IMG/VR virus record: IMGVR_UViG_3300028706_000553
Reading direction: 5' to 3' (one strand)
Origin: a virus
Length of the DNA: 64,000 nucleotides
In this document: positions 1 to 9,163 of the stretch, piece by piece
How the letters are laid out: each line of letters begins with the position of its first letter
Numbering within the stretch: position 1 is the first letter of the stretch
Position numbers and translations under genes: made by a program
The notes under the pieces: generated by a model
Told to the model about the DNA's origin: nothing
The model's input: only the letters and a program-made list of their open reading frames with translations
Databases searched by the model: none

Positions 1-1
1 G

Positions 2-745
2 TTCAAAGGATCAGCTCTTGCAGAAAAATTAGCCGCTTCATTAAATGAAGCTTCTATAATGCTTTATGAAGCACCAAAGAAAATGTCGGATGCTACTATT
101 AATAGCATGTGGGATACTATTTGTGAAAAATGCCAAGGAAATCCGGGGAATATTAAATTCAAATGCGTTAAGCAAGGTAAAACAGACGTTAATGATTTTA
201 TGCATACTTGGGTCGCAAATGGGGTAGATGCTTATGCTAAAAAAGAAGGACATAATGTTTTATTTTTATTTGATCCAAAAACATTAATTGCAGGTGTTGT
301 TCAAGATAGTCAAAAATTTTATGATCTACAAAAAGGAAATAATGGACCATTTGATTATGATTGGGATGTATCATGGAAGTTTATGGGATATGAGCAATAT
401 GTACCGAGATTGTCTGTAGCAAAATATAATAAAATTACACCTACGTTAGATATCAAAGATATCAGATCAAGAGCAGAGATAGCGCCTTACATTACAGCTA
501 TTAAAAATTATACAAAAGCAAAACTTCCGGGGGCTTCAAAAGCTGTAGTTGACAAATTATACGATATTACTAAAACTCATTCTGTTAGAACGAATAAAGA
601 TAAAGCGAAAATGATTAATGCTCTAGACAAATATTATACAAAGACTTTAGGTAGATTAAATGACAAAGTTTTACCCAGCGCTGATAAAGATTCAATTCGG
701 GATGGATTAGATAGATTTTTAGATTGGGCCGCGAGTAATAAATGA
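2..745 (+). CDS. Hypothetical phage protein, 5'-truncated at the window edge
   Basis: ORF-track start is 59, but the frame is open back to base 2 (FKGSALAEKLAASLNEASIMLYEAPKK); no recognisable motif. Confidence 0.7.
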   Translation, partial: FKGSALAEKLAASLNEASIMLYEAPKKMSDATINSMWDTICEKCQGNPGNIKFKCVKQGKTDVNDFMHTWVANGVDAYAKKEGHNVLFLFDPKTLIAGVVQDSQKFYDLQKGNNGPFDYDWDVSWKFMGYEQYVPRLSVAKYNKITPTLDIKDIRSRAEIAPYITAIKNYTKAKLPGASKAVVDKLYDITKTHSVRTNKDKAKMINALDKYYTKTLGRLNDKVLPSADKDSIRDGLDRFLDWAASNK

Positions 746-1968
746 AACAATATAAACAATTTCTTGCAGAAGCATCTGGAAAAAATCTTCATATGGAACA
801 TCTCGAAGATGAGGTGTTAAATGGTGGTGTTAATGGTACTAGAGGTGCTATTGATTTTTTAAGATCTTTAAGAAACATGTTAGCTGGTCATAATAAAGAA
901 GCAGTTAATGTTACTGTTAAATGGGATGGCGCTCCTGCTATAGTCGCCGGTGTTCATCCTAATGGAAAATTCTTTGTTGATTATAAGTCAATGAGGCGCC
1001 CATGTTTTATTCAAGCTGATGTTGATGAACATTTCGGTGGCGGCCCTCTTCATGCTAAAATGAGTGCTTTATTAGAACATTTACCTAAGTTAAAGATTCC
1101 AGGTAATATTTTTCAAGGTGATGTTCTTTGGACAGAGGATAAAGATAAGAAGATACAGACAATTGATAAGGAAAGACAGATTACGTTTACACCTAATACG
1201 ATAACTTATGCCGTTCCTTTAAATACAGAATTAGCAAATGCCATAATTAAAGCAAAGATTGGAATTGTTTTTCATACAACATACAGAACAGCAGGACAAG
1301 AAGACTTAGCAGATTTGAAAGCTGAGTTTGGTGCAGATGTAAATCAATGGACATCACATAAGGATGTTTGGGCTGTTAATGCGGACTTTACAGATGTAAG
1401 TGGAACAGCAACATTTACAAAGGCAGATGAAAAGAAAGTAACAGATATGTTGTCTCAGTTAGGAAAAGATTTTAATAAAGTCAATGGTCGTTTTCTTGAT
1501 AGTATCAAAGATGATAATATATTAAAAGTTCATATTAAGACCTATATAAATTCTAAAGTCAGAGAAGGTGAATTTATAGAAGAAAGGTTAGCAAGAGATT
1601 GTGTAAAATTTATTAAAGCTAAGTTAGATAAAGATGTTGCAAAGTTAAAATCAGAAAAAGGTCGTACACGAAAACAAATGACTGTTGATGAATACTTAAA
1701 GAAATTAAATGGGAATATAGATCAGATAGGTACTGTTTTTCGTATAATGGCTTTAATAAATAATATTAAGCTATATATTGTAGAGAAGTTAGAAGAGGTA
1801 AAAGGTTTAACTTCTACCTTTATTAAAACCTCATCCGGGTATAAAGTAACAAAACCAGAAGGGTTTGTTGCTATTGACTCATTTGATTCTGGTAAGGGAT
1901 TAAAATTAGTTAACAGAATGGAATTTAGTAGAATAAATTTTACCGCAGAAAAGGATTGGGACCAATGA
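742..1968 (+). CDS. Conserved T4-like phage protein (DUF6267-like) with ligase-type nucleotidyltransferase motifs and CTS-like N-terminus
   Basis: N-terminus MKQYKQFLAE; VTVKWDGAPA (KxDG motif I-like), IFQGDVL, KPEGFVAID and LKLV (motif III/IV/V-like); DUF name recalled from memory, not searched. Confidence 0.6.
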   Translation: MKQYKQFLAEASGKNLHMEHLEDEVLNGGVNGTRGAIDFLRSLRNMLAGHNKEAVNVTVKWDGAPAIVAGVHPNGKFFVDYKSMRRPCFIQADVDEHFGGGPLHAKMSALLEHLPKLKIPGNIFQGDVLWTEDKDKKIQTIDKERQITFTPNTITYAVPLNTELANAIIKAKIGIVFHTTYRTAGQEDLADLKAEFGADVNQWTSHKDVWAVNADFTDVSGTATFTKADEKKVTDMLSQLGKDFNKVNGRFLDSIKDDNILKVHIKTYINSKVREGEFIEERLARDCVKFIKAKLDKDVAKLKSEKGRTRKQMTVDEYLKKLNGNIDQIGTVFRIMALINNIKLYIVEKLEEVKGLTSTFIKTSSGYKVTKPEGFVAIDSFDSGKGLKLVNRMEFSRINFTAEKDWDQ

Positions 1969-2231
1969 AAAATTACAAAGAATTCTCAAAGCGCGACCTG
2001 AAAGAATCTAAGTATTCTGATCAGTTGATTGATGCATTACGTGATTGCATTGATTCCGCGGCTGATAGAACTAAAAATAAACTAGCACAAGTATATGAGG
2101 ACTATGTTCATAAGTTTATGAGACGTCCACAAAAATTACCATATATGTTACAAGGGTTCTTAGATGCTATCGAAGAAGGTACCGATGCAAGAATAGAATG
2201 GAAGGGTGGCGGAGATAGGAGCGACTGGTGA
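1965..2231 (+). CDS. Small hypothetical protein, possible internal head protein
   Basis: ATG at 1965 overlaps the upstream stop (ATGA); N-terminus MKNYKEF. Confidence 0.65.
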   Translation: MKNYKEFSKRDLKESKYSDQLIDALRDCIDSAADRTKNKLAQVYEDYVHKFMRRPQKLPYMLQGFLDAIEEGTDARIEWKGGGDRSDW

Positions 2232-2594
2232 AAACATATAAAGAATATACAGAATCTCCAGTTAATGAAGTTGATTCATCCGGCATAGATATGTATGATA
2301 ATAAAAGAAAAGAATCAGAGAGAAGGAAGAAGGCTAGAGAAACTCCTTCTTCTCCAGAAACTCAAGCTAAGCTTAAAAGGGCAAGAGCAGGAGAAGTTGA
2401 GATGGAAGAAGCATCAAAGTTACCACCTCACCTTGCAAAGTTTTTTGACAAAAAAGGTGATTTAAAACCAGAAGTCGCAGCTCGTATTGCAAAAGGTAGA
2501 GAAAAACTTAATATTAAAGATGTAACACCTAAAGGATACGGCCCAAAAGAAGAAGCCTCTGATGCAAGAATAGAATGGAAGGGCGGCGGAGATA
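2184..2594 (+). repeat. 34-bp direct repeat (2184-2217 and 2561-2594, 1 mismatch) encoding DARIEWKGGGD in two adjacent ORFs
   Basis: gatgcaagaatagaatggaagggYggcggagata read directly at both positions. Confidence 0.9.
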
Positions 2595-3439
2595 TTAAGA
2601 AGACTTTCGCTGAAATTACAACTGGTCTTTTAAAGCGAGCCGCAAGTGCAGCACACAAAGATATGGAGAAACAAAAAGACCACCATGATTTGGCAGCGTT
2701 TGACGGAGGAAGGACAGAAAGGGAGAAGGCGACAAAGAAGAAGGCAGAGAAGAGAGAGAAACAATCCGCAAAATTCAGTGCGGCAGCTGGCGAAAAGCCG
2801 GCCAAGCCCGAAAGCCAAGATTCCCGTGATAAGAGATTAAGTAGTGTTAAGAGGAATATGTATAACAGTTATACATCTACAGAAGAACCTGTTGATGAAC
2901 TTTCAAAAGGCTTATTACAACGCGCGCAACAATCAGCTAAAGCGAAAGCTGGACAACAAAGAGCCGTATCGGCTAAAGCCGCTTCAAGAGTTGGTGACAC
3001 TAGTCAACCACCAGGACAAAATCTTAAATCGAAACGTGCAGATTTCAAAGCAGCAAAAAAAGATTATCAAGCATTTAAATTTGGTAAAGCTGCTAACAAG
3101 AAAACGGGGAATGTAGAAAAAGAAGAGTGGGAGAAACCAAGAGATAAAGACTTTGAAAAGCTAGGACCTCTCTCCAAGGGTGAAATGAAAGGAAAGAGTA
3201 AGTATTCTGGAAAGAGCGATGAGAAGAAAGAACAAAACGAGAGTCATGATTATTTTGGTAGCGGACCGTTCACAGGACCAAAAAGTGATCTAGCTGCCTC
3301 GGTTTTGAGAATAGCAGAAAAAGCAGCAAAAGACAAAGAGGATGTGGAAGAAGTAAAGGGTTTTGAAAAAATGTCTAACGACAAATTAAACCAGTCTGTT
3401 AAAGACGCATATCTCGATAAGGTTCGAGGGGGAATGTGA
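2228..3439 (+). CDS. Lys/Glu/Ala-rich low-complexity protein, possible internal head (poly)protein
   Basis: GTGA overlap; N-terminus MKTYKEYTE; modular repeats (EITTGLLKRA / ELSKGLLQRA). Confidence 0.7.
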   Translation: MKTYKEYTESPVNEVDSSGIDMYDNKRKESERRKKARETPSSPETQAKLKRARAGEVEMEEASKLPPHLAKFFDKKGDLKPEVAARIAKGREKLNIKDVTPKGYGPKEEASDARIEWKGGGDIKKTFAEITTGLLKRAASAAHKDMEKQKDHHDLAAFDGGRTEREKATKKKAEKREKQSAKFSAAAGEKPAKPESQDSRDKRLSSVKRNMYNSYTSTEEPVDELSKGLLQRAQQSAKAKAGQQRAVSAKAASRVGDTSQPPGQNLKSKRADFKAAKKDYQAFKFGKAANKKTGNVEKEEWEKPRDKDFEKLGPLSKGEMKGKSKYSGKSDEKKEQNESHDYFGSGPFTGPKSDLAASVLRIAEKAAKDKEDVEEVKGFEKMSNDKLNQSVKDAYLDKVRGGM

Positions 3440-4878
3440 TTTCATTTACTCAATTACGGGAAGGGTCGTTAAAGACAGCAGTATTTGCTTTTGGTCGGTT
3501 TAACCCCCCTACAATTGGACACGAGATTTTAGTTAATAAGGTAACCGCAGTTGCTAAACGCAATCGTGGTGATGCTTTTATATTCCCTAGTTCTACACAA
3601 GATTCTAAAAAGAATCCATTAGAATATAAAGAAAAGATTAAATGGATGAAAAAAATGTTTAAACCGAAAGGCGAAGACATTTTTAAGTATTCAGGTGATC
3701 AACCTAAAGATGCATTGAAATCCCTTTCATTATTACATGATGAAGGATATGAAGAAGTTATTATGGTTGTAGGAAGTGATAGAGTAAATCAATTTAAAAA
3801 ATTGTTACCTCAATATAATGGTGTTGATGGCAAAGCTCATGGTTTTTATGATTTTAAAAAAATAGAAATAGAAAGCGCTGGTGAAAGAGATCCAGATGCA
3901 GACGATGCCACAGGAATGTCAGCTTCTAAATTAAGATCACATGCCGTTGATGGTGATTTTGATAATTTTAAAGAAGGTTTACCAGATAATTTATCTGATA
4001 AAGATAAACGTTCATTATATCAATCATTACGAAAAGGTATGAGATTATCTGTTATTGAAGCACAAATAAAAGAAAAATTGGGTCCTGGGAAACCGATTGC
4101 TCCAATGAAGAATACTACTAAGGATCCTAAAGCAGCAATGGGAAAATTTGTATCTAAAACTGCTCCACCAAGAACAAACGATGATGCAGGAATAGATAGT
4201 ATAATGCAAAAAGCAGATTCAGGAGCGAAACCTGCGAGTCCGGTTGTTAAAGTAAAAAATAAGCCAGTGCCGGCAAAAGCACCACCTTCTTCTTCGGTAG
4301 ATAAAGAATCATTATGTATGGATAAGATTCATTATGAGAATAAGACTTATCATGTGGAAGAATATACAAAAGAAGTGTTTCAATATCTACAACAATTTGC
4401 TACAACGAAGCCCAAACAAGAATATTATAAACGTGCTTTAAAAGAAACAGAAGAATTTTGGGAAAAGTATGAAATGGCATTTGGTGGCGCGATTAAAGTA
4501 GCATTATGGGAAGTATCGCGGATGAGAGAGCACACAAAGAAGGCCGCCGATTTTATTACATTGTTAGGTGAAAATGTTGATTATGACATAGCAAATCTTT
4601 CTTATATGAATGAACGAATAGATGAATTGCCTACAAATAACATAGATATTAATAAACCAGTAAGTTCTAAATTACAAAAAATACTTGGTTTAAAGGAATG
4701 GCACAAGGATAGAGCTAAAGAAGGCCGACAGTTAGAAATCGGAACAGATAAATATAGACAGTACCTTGTAGATTTGACTCCGGGAGAGGAGTTTAAATCA
4801 GAACAAAATAAAAAACGCGAACAACAAGCGGAAAGAGTCAGTAAGATGATTTCCAAAATTATTGCCAACAGGAGCTAA
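3436..4878 (+). CDS. HIGH-family nucleotidyltransferase (cytidyltransferase-like) with long C-terminal extension
   Basis: FAFGRFNPPTIGHE (HIGH-like), VVGSDRV, GMSASKLR (KMSKS-like); type commonly seen in T4-like marine phages. Confidence 0.8.
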   Translation: MISFTQLREGSLKTAVFAFGRFNPPTIGHEILVNKVTAVAKRNRGDAFIFPSSTQDSKKNPLEYKEKIKWMKKMFKPKGEDIFKYSGDQPKDALKSLSLLHDEGYEEVIMVVGSDRVNQFKKLLPQYNGVDGKAHGFYDFKKIEIESAGERDPDADDATGMSASKLRSHAVDGDFDNFKEGLPDNLSDKDKRSLYQSLRKGMRLSVIEAQIKEKLGPGKPIAPMKNTTKDPKAAMGKFVSKTAPPRTNDDAGIDSIMQKADSGAKPASPVVKVKNKPVPAKAPPSSSVDKESLCMDKIHYENKTYHVEEYTKEVFQYLQQFATTKPKQEYYKRALKETEEFWEKYEMAFGGAIKVALWEVSRMREHTKKAADFITLLGENVDYDIANLSYMNERIDELPTNNIDINKPVSSKLQKILGLKEWHKDRAKEGRQLEIGTDKYRQYLVDLTPGEEFKSEQNKKREQQAERVSKMISKIIANRS

Positions 4879-4880
4879 TA

Positions 4881-6731
4881 ATGGATTGGTCAAAATATTA
4901 TCCCGCGAATTACTCGGCGATAACAGAAGCAGACATTGAGATGATAAGGGAGAAGAGAAAACTCGCTCCTGTGGACAAAGACGCAGTTAAACAAGATTGG
5001 AAAGATCGTTCAGATGACGAATTTGTAGATATAGATAAAGATGGTGATGAAGACGATTCTGATAAGTTTCTACATAAGAAAAGGAAAGCAATTAGTAAGG
5101 CTGTTGAAGATAAAGGCGAAGGTTGTCCTTGTTGTGATGGTGGGCCTTGTGAATGTCCTGAAGGATGTAAGAATTGTGATTGTTCAGCAAACGTTGATGA
5201 AATGTCTAAGGATGAATATAAAGATGTTAATATGAAAAAGCAACAGAAGAAGAAGAAAAAGAAAGATGATCCAGAAGAGGTTGAGTATTCCCTAAAACAA
5301 GATACAGTTACAAATATGGATGATCAAATATATGGTACTAAAGAATCAGTTTCTCATGGAAAACCTGGAGCGGTGGATATCTACAAAGAAACCATTGCAT
5401 TAGCTAAAGTAACAAGAGGTAGAGATAAGTTGTCTCTTGAAGGCGCTGCAAAGTTAATTAAACAACGCTCTTATGATAAGTTAGCACCTTACTTAGATAG
5501 CATGGAAGAAGAGCCACGTCAATCTGTTCTAATGATCTTAATGAATGATCAAAAGATTGCAGATAAAGTCATGAAGAAGATGAAGACAGAAAAATATCAT
5601 GGCTGGTTGATGTCTGAAATGCATCAGAAGTATGATGGTCTTACATGGGCAGAGATCGGAGAACGTTTAATTAGAACTCCAGAACGCAGATTAGTATCTC
5701 TTGCATATGCCACTAAGATGGGAACAATTGATGCACCTTCACCTGAAGTTCAAAAATTAGCAGATGAGTGTGAGTTGGCAGATTTAGAAAAAGCTGCTGG
5801 TTCAATTATTGGTGAAGATGATGATCTAGATGAAGCAAAATCAGATGCGGAAAAGATTGCTGATAAACAAGCTAGCAATAATAAGATAAAACAAAAGTCA
5901 GGCAATCAAGACAATCAGGCTGATGCAAAAAAAGCAGATAAAGCTCGTGAAACACAAGCCAATGCAAATGATAAGGAACAGGAAAAACGACAGGCTCAAG
6001 CAGATAAAGATAGAGCATTAAGGAAGAAACAAAAAGATGCCGAAAATGCTAGACGGACTGATGATGGAGGTATGAGCGGAATCAAGAAAGACGCTGGAGC
6101 TTCTACAACGCGTTCAAAACTTGCGAATTTAGCGTTTTCTGCATTGGAAGGTACTGAAGAAGAGGTTCCTGAAACTATTGATGCAAGGCGTAGAGTATTT
6201 AAAGAAAAAATTAGAAAGCTTGCTTATGAGAAGGCCAAAGAAATAATTGCAAAGCAACAATCAGCGCCTGATCCAACTTATGATGAAGCTAAAAAAGAAG
6301 AAGAGGATTCTGATGAAATCGGATCCAAAGTAAAAGAGACCGGTAAGGTCGATAACAAAATAAAGATGGAGCCAACAGTGAAAGAAAGTACAGGTGTTTC
6401 CTTCGTACGGAAGTATAAACAGAAAATGGCAGCAGAACAGAAAGACGGAACTCTCGAAAATAATATACTTGAATATCTAGCAGGTGGTAGTTCTTTTGGT
6501 CGTGTAAAAAGGGCAGTACCTGTTGGTGCCGAATTTGCTTCTGATGATTCGCCAGCTTCAGCTACTTCAATTGCTCGTGCATTGAAGTGTAGTCCAATGC
6601 AAGTACAAAAGTTATTGGATGATATGTTAGAAGCAGGACAGATATCACGTGTAGGTGATGCATATTCATATGCTTCTCCTAGACCAGCTGAACCACAGGG
6701 CGAAAAAGAAGATTCCGGACTAGAAGTATAA
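4881..6731 (+). CDS. Large charged multi-module protein (DxDxDG loop, Cys-rich cluster, C-terminal winged-helix-like segment)
   Basis: DIDKDGDEDDSD, CPCCDGGPCECPEGCKNCDC, poly-Lys tract, SIARALKCSPMQVQKLLDDMLEAGQISRVG. Confidence 0.7.
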   Translation: MDWSKYYPANYSAITEADIEMIREKRKLAPVDKDAVKQDWKDRSDDEFVDIDKDGDEDDSDKFLHKKRKAISKAVEDKGEGCPCCDGGPCECPEGCKNCDCSANVDEMSKDEYKDVNMKKQQKKKKKKDDPEEVEYSLKQDTVTNMDDQIYGTKESVSHGKPGAVDIYKETIALAKVTRGRDKLSLEGAAKLIKQRSYDKLAPYLDSMEEEPRQSVLMILMNDQKIADKVMKKMKTEKYHGWLMSEMHQKYDGLTWAEIGERLIRTPERRLVSLAYATKMGTIDAPSPEVQKLADECELADLEKAAGSIIGEDDDLDEAKSDAEKIADKQASNNKIKQKSGNQDNQADAKKADKARETQANANDKEQEKRQAQADKDRALRKKQKDAENARRTDDGGMSGIKKDAGASTTRSKLANLAFSALEGTEEEVPETIDARRRVFKEKIRKLAYEKAKEIIAKQQSAPDPTYDEAKKEEEDSDEIGSKVKETGKVDNKIKMEPTVKESTGVSFVRKYKQKMAAEQKDGTLENNILEYLAGGSSFGRVKRAVPVGAEFASDDSPASATSIARALKCSPMQVQKLLDDMLEAGQISRVGDAYSYASPRPAEPQGEKEDSGLEV

Positions 6732-6734
6732 ACA
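6727..6734 (+). promoter_or_regulatory. Possible T4-type late promoter variant (TATAAACA)
   Basis: One mismatch to TATAAATA; overlaps the upstream stop, 6 nt before ATG 6741. Confidence 0.35.
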
Positions 6735-6740
6735 AACAAT

Positions 6741-7484
6741 ATGAATATAGTGATTGGAAACGGGGAAAGTCGTAAGGCTTTTAATCTCAATTTATTATTG
6801 GATCATACAACATATGGTTGTAATGCGATGTACAGGGATTGGAACCCCACACATCTAATATGTATAGATAATAAGATGTTACATGAAATAGTAATATCAC
6901 AGTATCCAAAATTACATCATTGTTGGTTTAGAAATTTTCAGTTACTGGATCCTGATATGTATCCAGTTTTCAGGTCAACAGTTACACCTGATATTGAGGT
7001 AATAGAGAATAAGAATACAGGATATAAATTCGCCTATTACGGACAAGAAATAAGTAGAGTTTTTCATGATGATACTCATACAATGGATCTGCTAGACAAA
7101 CCGGTTCATTATTTTACATGGTTATCAGAACATGATAAAGTAGATGTGGTAGACGATTTAAAACATATACCAATGTTAGATTCAGGACTACTCGCAACTT
7201 GGCTATGTTGTGAACAAGAAAAACCTGAAACGGTTTATTTAATGGGCTTTGATTTTAACATAAATGATGGAAAAGTAAACAATATATATAAAGATACAGA
7301 TTGTTATGCTCCGAGTTATGCTTTACCAGTTCAGGCTAAGGGATGGATTCACAATTTTGAAGTTATGTTTACGGAACACTTTCCTGAAGTCAATTTTGTA
7401 CATATTCAGGAAGAAGAGTGTTTTAATAAAGAAATTCCAAACATAGATACAATGTCTATGGATGAGTTTAAAGAATTGTTATAA
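6741..7484 (+). CDS. MptE/Maf/GT29-like fold protein (putative glycosyltransferase-related)
   Basis: IVIGNGESR, YGCNAMYRD, DSGLLA, VYLMGFDF motif pattern. Confidence 0.5.
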   Translation: MNIVIGNGESRKAFNLNLLLDHTTYGCNAMYRDWNPTHLICIDNKMLHEIVISQYPKLHHCWFRNFQLLDPDMYPVFRSTVTPDIEVIENKNTGYKFAYYGQEISRVFHDDTHTMDLLDKPVHYFTWLSEHDKVDVVDDLKHIPMLDSGLLATWLCCEQEKPETVYLMGFDFNINDGKVNNIYKDTDCYAPSYALPVQAKGWIHNFEVMFTEHFPEVNFVHIQEEECFNKEIPNIDTMSMDEFKELL

Positions 7485-7487
7485 ATA
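7480..7487 (+). promoter_or_regulatory. T4-type late promoter TATAAATA
   Basis: Exact consensus overlapping the stop of the upstream gene; followed by AGGAG RBS and ATG 7512. Confidence 0.75.
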
Positions 7488-7511
7488 TTTAAAAATTAAT
7501 AGGAGAAATTC

Positions 7512-8081
7512 ATGCCTCTATGGGGAAAAGCCGCTGCTGGTACTCAGGCACAAAAACCAAAATGGGTTGGTACCACAGAAGGTGCAACATACAATAAACA
7601 AGATATCTATGGCGCTGACAATGGTTGGGTTGTTAATACTAAAGCCAGTAAAAATGCTTCAGCGTCCCCTGAGATTCTAGTTGCAATGGGTGGTCTTGGT
7701 ACTTCACTTGCTGCACCAACTGTTACATCAATGAGATTTACAGCTTCTGCAATCACTGGTGGATCGAGAACAGTTTCTGTTCAGATTACTTGGGATGAAA
7801 GAGTTACAGTTACTGGAACACCACAAGTTGCTATTGCAAACGGTAACGAAGGAACTGGATCTGGTCGTGGACCACATACAGCTTCATATGCTTCAGGTTC
7901 TGGAACAAACAGGCTCACTTTCAGCGTAGCAAGTCAAACAGTTGCAACAAGCGATGTTCTTACATTAGGTGGATCTAATGTGGCACTAAATAGTGGTACA
8001 ATTAAAGATACAACTGATGGATCAACTGTAGCATTGTTAGTTCTTTCAGGATTAACTGCGGTAACATTGACAGTAACTTAA
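7512..8081 (+). CDS. Putative virion structural protein
   Basis: MPLWG start, Gly/Ser/Thr/Ala-rich beta-type sequence, late promoter and strong RBS upstream. Confidence 0.65.
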   Translation: MPLWGKAAAGTQAQKPKWVGTTEGATYNKQDIYGADNGWVVNTKASKNASASPEILVAMGGLGTSLAAPTVTSMRFTASAITGGSRTVSVQITWDERVTVTGTPQVAIANGNEGTGSGRGPHTASYASGSGTNRLTFSVASQTVATSDVLTLGGSNVALNSGTIKDTTDGSTVALLVLSGLTAVTLTVT

Positions 8082-8096
8082 TAGTTAAATAATATT

Positions 8097-8321
8097 ATGG
8101 AATATGTGGAAAATATAAATGTTGCTGTAGTATTGCAGCAACTACAGTCATACAAAGCTGAGAAAGAAAAACTTACCCAAAAACTTTCTCAGCTTAATGA
8201 CGAGGTAGAAAATAGTAAACGTGGTATACATAGTTATGATGGCGCTATACAAGCCCTTGATGCATTACTACAAACAGCTGAATCTAAAGAGATTGATGTT
8301 CCTGAATTGGAAGAAAATTAA
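8097..8321 (+). CDS. Short coiled-coil protein (possible fibre chaperone)
   Basis: Heptad pattern ending YDGAIQAL; similar to 10013-10255. Confidence 0.6.
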   Translation: MEYVENINVAVVLQQLQSYKAEKEKLTQKLSQLNDEVENSKRGIHSYDGAIQALDALLQTAESKEIDVPELEEN

Positions 8322-9163
8322 TGGCAGATAAAACGATACCCGCTTTAAATACACATGATAGTCCTACGGCGGAAGACTTATTAATTATAGTTGATGATCC
8401 TTCTGGTAATCCCGTAAATAAGAAAATACGTGTAGACACATTACTATCAGCACTTTCTACAGATACAACAACTAGAAGTGTAGCAAATAAGGTTCAATCT
8501 AGAGCTGATACCAATATTGCAAGAGATTTAAATTTACGAAATTCTAAAACTGTTTTACAGCCAGAAGTATTAAAAGGTGAACAGGATGATTTGACTGTCA
8601 TTTTGGGGACCTTAGATATGGCAGAAAATTCTGTATGGCATGTAGAGATTGATGGAACATCTTCTTCAGCAAATGATACATTTAAATGGTGGAGAGATGG
8701 AAATACATCAACCGGCGCAGCAACTGTCAGTATTGACGGATCTACGCAAGCATTAGCAAATGGTGTAAGTATTAAATTTGATGGTGTTACAGGACACAAA
8801 GTTACAGATAAATGGCAAATTGTCGGTTTAATAGAATCAAGAATTGATTTTCAAGGAAGTATTTTAGTTGAAGATAGTATTCCTGAAAATGGTTCTTTTA
8901 CTAGTACCTTTTCAGAAACTGGTAATTTGCAATTAGAATCTGGAATAGATATGGCATTTGAAGATGGTACAGAAAAAGATATGTACATATCTGCAAATAC
9001 TTCAGTAATAAGATTTGTGGGTGGCCTACAATTAGGTGAAGCCACGGATCCTGTTGGATTTTATGGTGCCACACCGGTATCTCAAAATACAACATTTAGC
9101 GCAGGTGCTAGCACCGCGGCGCATATTATAACCGAATTAGAAAGATTAGGTTTAGTAACATAA
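8321..9163 (+). CDS. MADK-start virion fibre-like structural protein 1
   Basis: N-terminus MADKTIPALN..EDLLIIVDDPSGNPVNKK shared with 9267; C-terminal GFYGATPV motif. Confidence 0.6.
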   Translation: MADKTIPALNTHDSPTAEDLLIIVDDPSGNPVNKKIRVDTLLSALSTDTTTRSVANKVQSRADTNIARDLNLRNSKTVLQPEVLKGEQDDLTVILGTLDMAENSVWHVEIDGTSSSANDTFKWWRDGNTSTGAATVSIDGSTQALANGVSIKFDGVTGHKVTDKWQIVGLIESRIDFQGSILVEDSIPENGSFTSTFSETGNLQLESGIDMAFEDGTEKDMYISANTSVIRFVGGLQLGEATDPVGFYGATPVSQNTTFSAGASTAAHIITELERLGLVT

